Shown here piece after piece: positions 33,343-41,582 of a stretch of DNA of 41,582 nucleotides. Under the pieces are notes generated by a model. It did no database searches, was not told the origin of the DNA, and worked only from the letters and a program-made list of their open reading frames with translations. Both the position numbers and the translations under genes were made by a program. The first letter of the stretch is position 1; each line of letters opens with the position of its first letter. This stretch comes from Thelocarpon superellum (lineage: Eukaryota), in NCBI GenBank assembly GCA_026025795.1, contig JAPEUG010000120.1, positions 1-41,582 of the forward strand, read 5' to 3'.

Positions 33343-36162
33343 ATGAGCTCTTGTGCGGCCCCTGTTCAAGTAGCCCAACCGCCTGCTGATGAGGTGTCCA
33401 GTAAAGCAATTCATCCGCAATGTACGCGCATCCAAAACGATTGCGGACGAGCGGGCGGTCGTCCAGAAGGAGAGCGCAGCCATCCGGGCCAGCTTTCGGG
33501 AGGAGAGCGGGGACTCCAACACCAGGTACGGCACAGGCAGCGCGCCACGGCACGTGGTTGCGGGAGTGGGGTAGAGGACTCATGTGCCACAGGAGGAACA
33601 ATGTGGCCAAATTGCTATACCTCTTCACCCTCGGCGAGCGGACACATTTCGGTCAGATTGAGTGCCTGAAGCTGTTGGCTTCCCCCAGGTTCGCCGACAA
33701 GCGCCTGGGGTACCTGGGCACGATGCTGCTCTTGGACGAGAATCAAGAGGTCCTCACCTTGGTCACCAACTCCCTCAAGAAGTATGGCGTCTGCTGGAGG
33801 GTCGGCGGGGTCGGTGCTGACTGCCGTCCAGTGATCTCAACCACACCAATCAATATGTCGTCGGCCTGGCCTTGTGCACCCTGGGCAACATTGCCTCCAT
33901 TGAGATGTCGCGAGATCTCTTTCCCGAGGTGGAATTGCTCATCTCGTCGTCAAACCCGTACATCCGTCGCAAAGCGGCCTTGTGCGCCATGCGGGTCTGT
34001 CGCAAAGTCCCCGACCTTCAAGAACACTTCATCGACAAGGCCAAGGTCCTTCTCTCCGACCGGAACCACGGCGTCTTGCTCTGCGGTCTGACCCTGGTCA
34101 CGAGCATGTGCGAGGCCGACGAGGCCGAGGGGGGCGAGAACGGCATCGTCAAGACATTTCGACCACTGACCACGGGCCTGGTCAAGATCTTGAAGAGCCT
34201 GGCGAGCTCCGGCTACGCGCCTGAGCACGACGTGACGGGCATCACCGACCCTTTCCTGCAGGTCAAGATCTTGCAGCTCTTGCGCGTCCTGGGCCGGGGC
34301 GACACGCAGACGAGCGAACAGATCAATGACATCCTGGCCCAGGTCGCCACCAACACCGACTCGTCCAAGAACGTTGGCAATTCCATCCTGTACGAGTCGG
34401 TGCTGACCATCCTCGAGATCGAGGCCGATTCTGGCCTGCGAGTCTTGGGCGTCAACATCCTCGGCAAGTTCTTGTCCAACCGGGACAACAACATCCGATA
34501 CGTCGCGCTCAATACCCTGATCAAGGTCGTCGCCGTCGAGCCCAACGCCGTCCAGCGACACCGGAACACGATCCTCGAGTGTCTGCGGGATCCCGACATC
34601 AGCATTCGACGACGCGCTCTGGATCTGAGCTTCACCCTGATCAATGAAGGGAATGTGCGTGTTCTGATTCGCGAGCTGTTGGCCTTCTTAGAGACGGCCG
34701 ATAATGAGTTCAAACCCGTCATGACGAGCCAGATCGGTGTCGCGGCGGACCGCTTCGCCCCCAACAAACGGTGGCATATCGATACCATGTTACGCGTCTT
34801 AAAACTGGTACGTTGTTCCGCGCGGGCGGGTCAGATGCTGCGCGTGTGGTCTCGATGCTGATGCGATGACAGGCTGGCAATTATGTCAAGGAGCAGATTC
34901 TCTCATCTTTTGTGCGACTCATCGCCACCACACCCGACCTACAGACCTACTCCGTCCAGAAACTCTACGCCAGCTTGAAGTCCGACATCAGCCAGGAAGG
35001 GCTGACGCTGGCCGGGGCCTGGGTCATTGGCGAGTACGGCGACAACCTGCTCCGCGGCGGACAGTACGAAGAGGAGGAGCTGGTCCAGGAAGTTCACGAG
35101 AGCGACATTATCGATCTCTTCTCCACCATCCTGACGAGCAGCTATGTCACGCAGAATAGCTCCGAGTACATCATCACGGCCCTCATGAAGCTGTCCACGC
35201 GCCTGACCGATCCAGCCCAAGTCGAACGGATCCGCCGCTTACTGCAGCAACACGCGACGAGTCTCGATGTGGAGCTGCAGCAGCGGGCGGTCGAGTACGG
35301 CAACCTCTTTGGATACGATCAAATCCGCCGCGGCGTGCTCGAGAAGATGCCCGCGCCCGAGATCCGCGAGGAGCAACGGGTGTTGGGCGAAGCCATGCCG
35401 AAGCGGAAGCCGGCCACCTCCAAGACTCCGCGCAAGGCGGCGCGACCGAGCGAGCAGGACATGCTCTTGGACCTGATGGGCGGATCCGATCTCCCATCCG
35501 CCGACCAAGACGGCGCAAGAAACGGATCGCAGAACAATGCCGATCTGTTGGCTGACATCCTCGGCGGCGGTGACCCGTCTGCGGCCCCGTCGTCATCCCT
35601 TGCCTCAAAAGCACCCGCATCGAACACCAGCGCGATCATGGACTTATTCGATGCCGGCCCTCCCTCCAATGCACCGCGTCCGCCAGCGACGACGACGACG
35701 GCATCGGCCGACCTCCTCGGTGGACTGGCGCCGTCGACCACCTCACCGGCGCCGTCCTCCGGGGGTCCCGCCCCTTACACGGCATACCAGAAGAATGACC
35801 TCCTTCTCACACTCCAGTTACAACGGAACGCCGAGGGCACGGTCCAGATCATGGCGCGCTTCCGTCACACCGGCAACTTCGATCGGATCGGAGGCGTATC
35901 GCTACAAGCGGCGGTGCCCAAGACGCAGAAGCTGCAATTGCATGCCATCAGCACGTCCGAGATCGACGGTGGTCAGGAGGCGACGCAGACGATGCGTGTG
36001 ATGGGCAGCAAGAACGTGAGTGCAGAGTCCGTGGTCCTGAACAAGTCCAGCGTGGAGTCTAACGTACCGCAGCCACCTCTCCGTCTCCGGCTGAAGATCA
36101 GCTACACAAAAGATGGGCTGGGCCAAGTGACCGACCAAGTGGACTGGTCCGAGCCAAAGTGA
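33343..36162 (+). CDS. APL4: AP-1 complex gamma adaptin; introns 33353-33401, 33526-33592, 33782-33831, 34808-34872, 36016-36072
   Basis: [21 protein letters not shown]..., [50 protein letters not shown]-rich hinge, gamma-ear domain ([13 protein letters not shown]). Confidence 0.97.
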
Positions 36163-36710
36163 GGAACGGGAGGATGCTTCTGGCCCGTGTGGTAGCACTA
36201 GATGGATCATGCCGTTCCGGTGCACGTCCGAGCCCTAGCATCATCTAGCTTACAAATGAAAGAGGTCGGAACTTGCATCTGTTTGGTGATCCTTGGCCGA
36301 AAAGGCCGGCGTATGATTGGGGTCGCTCGATGGATCTGTCTGAATCATGCTGACAAGGGGCGGCCCGAACCGCGATACCAACGACTACTTTCCCTGATCT
36401 TCTCCTCTCCATCCGCGCTGCCCGACAAGCTAACGCAAGCGGTCCCTTTCACAACTCCTCAGCACTTGCCCTCTTTCAAGGCACGATGTTTTGATGGTCC
36501 AGGCGAAAAGTCTGCTCTACATTCCACTGCAAGAAGCCTACCCTCTCCCCACCTTGTCTCTTATTTCTTCGTCTCTTTCTCCCAACTCTCTCGCCATCGC
36601 CCTTCTTCTATCATCACGACCATCATCAGACCCCCTGCCCCAAGTTGCCACGGTGCGAGCTTCTTGTCACGTCTTTCGTTTCCTCGCCCAAAGGGCCCCG
36701 TGAACAAGCG

Positions 36711-37846
36711 ATGTCGGAGATTTTCAGCCACAACGAATCCGCTACCACGGAGACCCCCGCAACCATGGAGGACTCTACGATCCTTCTTATCACGCCGTTG
36801 AACGCCGGACCGTCTCCCTCGCCCCCTGCTGTTCCATCCACTCCTCCCTTTCCCGTCATCCTCCCCGTCTCCGAGGGCACTCCTGCGGCCCCGGAGGACC
36901 CCTGGATGCCCCTCTCCGAAATACATCCTTTTAACGACGAGCATCTGGAGTCCGCCGAGTACGTTCCCCAAACCCCCAGTAACCCATGTAACACCACCTA
37001 CTCACCTGGGGAAACCCGCTATAGCAGGGACGCGTTCTTCGCCGCACACACCCTGGTAAATCTCAAGGAGGTGGATCATGAGTTCGGCGTGGCCATGTCC
37101 ATGAAGTCATTTTTCTCATCTGGGGTGAGTCGTCGTCTCTTGTGCAAACTGATCGACCCCAAGAGTGAGCGAGCTAACCTCATCGCAAGGCCGATTCGAC
37201 TAGCGAAGGGACCGAAGAGGAGACGGTCGTCGACGTTGAGCCGACGACGCCCGTGTCGAAGCCGCCCGCGAGAAAGCGACCGTCAAGAGCGAAGAAGGCG
37301 GCCCCCACGAGCAGCGCTCTCGAGGCCGCCACCCCCGAGAGGGTGAAGCCGTCCCCAAGAAAACGGCCATCACGAGCGAAGAAGGCGGCTCCCATCGTTG
37401 CAGCCCCTGATGCGGTTGCCGCCGAGGCCCCAGCGTCGAAGCCGCCCCCGAGGAAGAGGCCCTCGAGAGCGAAGAAAGCGGGCCCCATGAACACCACGCC
37501 GGAGACCCTGACCCCCGAGACGGTGGGCCCCGAGACGGTGGCGCCGACGGCCCCAGTAATCCCGGAGCCCCTCGTGTCGAAGCGGCCGCCGAGAAAGAGA
37601 CCATCAAGAGCGAAGAAGGCGGGCCCTGACACGATCAATCCCACCCAGACCCCTCCCACATCGACAGTCAAGGAGGAGACCGTGACCACGTCCACGGACA
37701 GGCCCCCACCTCCCTCTCGCAGAAACTCCCAACCCAGAAAGCGCAAGGCGTCAGACTCGCTAGAAGACGACTCGCTACGTCCGCCGTCGCCTGTCGCTCG
37801 CCAGACCATCCACCTGACTCTAGGTCCTCCACCCACCACCTCCTGA
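36711..37846 (+). CDS. Orphan protein: acidic Pro-rich N-terminus plus four basic KPxxRKRPSRAKKA repeats; intron 37125-37189
   Basis: A GTGAGT...GCTAAC...AAG intron joins the ORFs 36645-37346 and 37253-37846 in frame; the repeats are conserved at amino-acid level with synonymous codon differences. Confidence 0.65.
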
Positions 37847-38464
37847 GACTGATACCTCTACGTCAACCTCTCGAGATCGTCGGGAGGGAAGGTCGAAACG
37901 CGCCCAGTGGTGACGCCTTGGCGATCTGTCCACATCGCGTCTCTTGTTTCTTTTCGTATCTGATATTGGACTTGGTCCTGGTTGGCTTCCGACGTGGTTA
38001 TGGATGTCGTGGGTCGTTCACTGGGCCGTGCGGAGAACGCCCCACTCCCTGACACGGGGCGCAATTTGGTAGTTGTTTTTGGCGACACTTGATGTTGGAT
38101 CAGATGGAAGAATGGCTGGGTGGATGGAATACGGATGAACAGATGAACGCATGGAGGACGGATGGCCGCAGATAGCACAGCACGACGCAGACCAATTCCT
38201 CTGTGCGCGTTTTTGCAACAGAGTACTTGTATCAATGGAACCGGATACACCATCACTACACCTTGGACGCACGAAGGCACGTAAATCAAGGTCACGCTCG
38301 CGTTTGATGCCAAGTTACAGCTTTAACCGGAACCATCTTGTGCAGCACCTGGCGCAGGCGTATCCCGGCATTGCCGTTCTTTATCGTCGCCTCGAGATGT
38401 ACTTGGATGAAGAGAAAGAAAGTAAACGTAAGATAGATGCGACACACAATGACAATCGAGCCGC

Positions 38465-38914
38465 TCATTTTACGACCGACGGCGGATGGGCAGCATTGAA
38501 TGATGCGGCAGCGGCAGCAAGGCTGGCCTGCGATGCCGCTGACTGGGCCGATGACTCCGAGGTCGTCGTGGGAGTTGGCCCTTGGTCTGCAGGGCCCGCG
38601 GCCTCCTCGGTGAAGCCGCCAAAGATCGCCCCCAAAGGCCCTACTGCCGCCGGGGACACGCGAGCGGTACTGCCGCCGGGGACCTCCTCCACGCGAACGT
38701 TATTCGCTGGCACCTCTTCAACTTGCACGTTGTTGCCATTGGAGACCTGTTCCACCTGCACGGGACCCGTCGTGCCTCCGCTCTGAACCCCTTGGATCGG
38801 CTGGCTTGACTCGAAGTGGGCGCCCCCATCTCGGTGCTGCAGGACGGCAGCATGACTCGTGAGGACCAGCAAGAGCAAGCTGCAAGCCGCGTAGAGAGGG
38901 ATGGAGGACTTCAT
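38465..38914 (-). CDS. Small (149 aa) putative secreted protein with three 10-aa repeats
   Basis: Signal-peptide-like MKSSIPLYAACSLLLLVLTSHA; repeats PVQVEQVSNG / NNVQVEEVPA / NNVRVEEVPG. Confidence 0.65.
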   Translation of the reverse strand: MKSSIPLYAACSLLLLVLTSHAAVLQHRDGGAHFESSQPIQGVQSGGTTGPVQVEQVSNGNNVQVEEVPANNVRVEEVPGGSTARVSPAAVGPLGAIFGGFTEEAAGPADQGPTPTTTSESSAQSAASQASLAAAAASFNAAHPPSVVK

Positions 38915-39923
38915 TGATGCGAGGGATGATATGTGGCGGACTCGATGATGTAGGAGGTGACGAGATGGCGTCGACCGGATGACGTCTGACGAATTAGTCA
39001 ATCGGGTAGAAATGGCGATACGTCAAAGAAGGTGTGCGACAGATTGATCAACAATCGACGGCGGAGATAGTGATGGTAAAGCCAGTAACGATAGAGAAGA
39101 CAATCGTAGAGCCGGTATTAGAGAGAGCGTATGTGAGAGCCCTGCTCTGCTGTGAGAAGCCAATATCCCCGGATGCCAGCCCCATGGACGGACTGGATGA
39201 AGCCCCACGCCGAAGCGGTGGGCGGGCATGGACTAAGTATCTGCAGCTCCGCTTCGGTGGAGATAACCAAGAGCCACTCAGGAGATCGTTGCGACATTTT
39301 AGGCACCAGATGAGACTGCTCATTACGAACTGGCACAAGATGCACGCCTCGCTAGAATGTACGGCCTCATGAACGAGAAGACGGCGTAGGACACGGGTTT
39401 AGGGTGGAGACATTGTTGATCTCAACGTAGTAGAATCTCCATCATGTATGGAATTGATCTGGCGGCCAGGTAGCTATATCTCATTTTCCGATCCTGTTCG
39501 CCGATCATGTCGCACATCCCGCCTCGGATCGTGGGTGAGGCGCCTTGGGCCCTTGTAGCGTGTTCCGCCCGGCTCATCCCTAACGAAAGCTGCTACGTCA
39601 GCTGCCGCATCGACCTTTTCTTCGAGCTGTAAGTAAAATATATAAATTTTCAATTTGTGCATGACTGAATATCGTCTGTACGAGCCTGTTCAAGATGGAT
39701 GAAACGTTGTGATATGAGTGTGAAGGGGGATTCAAGAGTTGCGCCTACCAATTCATGGCCTAGTGGCCAATGGGTCGAGGTCTATAGTCACCAAACTCCA
39801 GCGACAGTGTCTACGTCTGCTCGATGCAGATGTGATGCACGCCGTACTAAGCTTCGACCATGCATCGGCCATAGCTGTTGGATTTTCATTTGACGGAATA
39901 ATCATCCCCCGTCTCTTCTGAAA

Positions 39924-41138
39924 ATGTCCCTCAAAGCCGGTCGGCGGCCAATTGATGTCCTCGCCTCACCCTACGCAAGCAGGCTGAACCTGCTGAGATC
40001 TTACAGCATCCTTCGGGCGCCGGCTGCGCGACGTCTTTACCGGTCGCCACCAACCATCCGATTCGCGTCGTCGTTCGATCCACGCCGCCCCTCACTCGAT
40101 TCCGTTTCCCTCCACCGTCTCGAGGAGGAGCGCCGTGCCTACTATCAACGACGGTCCTATTATGCAGCAGGTGGCGCCGTGGTGTGCATGATCGCGGCTC
40201 TCCTCGTCACCACCGCTGTCCCCAAGGAGCACAGTGATGCAAGACCAGACGACCCGCTTCACAATGTCGAGAGGGGGACCCCGGTCGTTCGCGGGGTCAC
40301 GGGAGGCGCGGAGTTTAAGAAGATTGGCGGAGGTCCGCCGCCGCATGACGATGAGAGCCTCCCGCTGGTGCCCACCGGCACCAGCGTCGTGCCCACCTTT
40401 CCCAAGACCCTCAATCTAGGCAGGATGGATGCGTCCGGCGTTGACGGCAAAGCCGAGTATCAACTCGTGGGCTTAGGCATACGGACGGTCAGCTTCCTTG
40501 GGATTCAGGTATACGTCGTGGGACTTTACGTGGCGACCGAGGACATTGCGCTGCTCCAACAAGCCCTGATTCGCAAGATGGACCCCGTCGCGACTACACT
40601 CATCAATTCTGAAAAGGATAAGCTGCGAAGCCTGCTCCTCGACTCAGAGCAGAGCGAAAAGATATGGACCGGCGTTCTCAAAGAGACCGCCTTCCGGTCT
40701 GCCATCAGGGTTGTTCCGACACGCAATACAGACTTTCAGCATCTGCGCGACGGTTGGGTACGCGGCATCACGGCGCGGTCGCAGTCCACATCTCGGGCTG
40801 GGAATGAGGAATATGACGACGAAAAGTTCGGCCTCGCTATGCGGGACTTCAAAGGGGTGTTCTCAGGCGGCGCTCGCAAGAGCGTGCCCAAGTCCAAGAC
40901 TCTCCTTCTAATGCGAGACCGGAGAGGCGCCCTGAACCTTTGGTATGACGAAGATGTCGGGGGTCAGGAGCCTCTTCATCTGGGTGGCGTCGATGACGAG
41001 AGGATTGGCCGTCTCCTCTGGATGGGCTATCTGGGGGGAAAGCAAGTGGCCAGCGAAGGAGCGCGAGCTAGCGTAGTGGAGGGCATTATGGAGCTGGTTG
41101 AGAGACCAGTTGGTACCGTCGCGACTCAAGTATTATGA
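39924..41138 (+). CDS. AIM18: Mitochondrial chalcone-isomerase-fold protein, Aim18/Aim46 family
   Basis: Arg-rich presequence, a TM segment, EYQLVGLGIRTVSFLGIQVYVVGLY, RVVPTRNTDFQHLRDGWVR, YLGGKQVASEGAR. Confidence 0.88.
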   Translation: MSLKAGRRPIDVLASPYASRLNLLRSYSILRAPAARRLYRSPPTIRFASSFDPRRPSLDSVSLHRLEEERRAYYQRRSYYAAGGAVVCMIAALLVTTAVPKEHSDARPDDPLHNVERGTPVVRGVTGGAEFKKIGGGPPPHDDESLPLVPTGTSVVPTFPKTLNLGRMDASGVDGKAEYQLVGLGIRTVSFLGIQVYVVGLYVATEDIALLQQALIRKMDPVATTLINSEKDKLRSLLLDSEQSEKIWTGVLKETAFRSAIRVVPTRNTDFQHLRDGWVRGITARSQSTSRAGNEEYDDEKFGLAMRDFKGVFSGGARKSVPKSKTLLLMRDRRGALNLWYDEDVGGQEPLHLGGVDDERIGRLLWMGYLGGKQVASEGARASVVEGIMELVERPVGTVATQVL

Positions 41139-41582
41139 GAAGAGCGGGGCTATTTCCGAATCATATGTACATAAGAAGATCGACCTTATGTGATTAACAG
41201 ACGACAAGCCGCTGCCATCTCCAGAATTCACCAAGACGTGAGTCAGACCAGTGGACAGCCACTATCGGCAAAGGCAGTCTCGACCAGGACGTCCAAGTAT
41301 GCGAACGCTACGGCGTGATATATGACTAATACGTAGAGTTGCCCAGGTAAACATCCAGGTCTTGGCACGCCGGGTAAATACGCGTGAGGTTGTCTATAAT
41401 AAGCTTGGCGCGCCCACCGCCTCCCAGGCTTTTTCTCTTTCTTCTTCATACTTACCTTGTGACGATAGCGGTGATCACGAAGACCGTTTATCAGCTCGAG
41501 AGCCCTGCATTGCACAGCGCGGAGGCGATCGGACTCAAGTATCCTTCGGGGTCCTTGGTCGCGAAATTTTTTGACACGCACA

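Noticed and set aside
41243..41582. Possible 3' end of a minus-strand gene (frame ...KDPEGYLSPIASALCNAGLSS-stop at 41491; intron-like 41394-41455)
   Set aside because: Truncated by the window edge; frame and identity cannot be determined.
1..41582. Transposons, CRISPR arrays, tRNA or rRNA genes, secondary-metabolite cluster
   Set aside because: No transposase or RT ORFs, terminal repeats, spacer arrays, cloverleaf or rRNA motifs, or PKS/NRPS genes were seen; the genes are functionally unrelated housekeeping loci.

Overview
GC-rich, intron-containing genomic DNA from a filamentous ascomycete (Pezizomycotina-type gene set; ~47-102 nt GT-AG introns with CTRAY branch points). About 15 protein-coding genes were reconstructed by hand: a NoxR/p67phox-like TPR protein, Grr1 F-box/LRR, a PTS2-bearing acyl-CoA synthetase, RPL16/uL13, a UBL+BAG co-chaperone, TeaR, an SLC35F6-like transporter, an Nrm1/Whi5-like repressor, Med15/Gal11, an LMBR1-family protein, Are1/2 sterol acyltransferase, AP-1 gamma adaptin, an orphan basic-repeat protein, an orphan secreted repeat protein and Aim18. 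The key result is non-coding. The ~1 kb gap between the RPL16 promoter and the BAG gene (about 9190-10250, + strand) folds by eye into the architecture of a fungal telomerase RNA: long enclosing arm, template-boundary hairpin, triple-helix pseudoknot with a P2.1 insertion, and a CR4/5 (P5/P6/P6.1) junction. Its template position reads GACCCUGAC(ACC) rather than UAACCCUAA, which predicts a non-canonical telomere repeat, (TCAGGG)n or (TGTCAGGG)n. All calls are from manual inspection; no database searches or folding programs were run.
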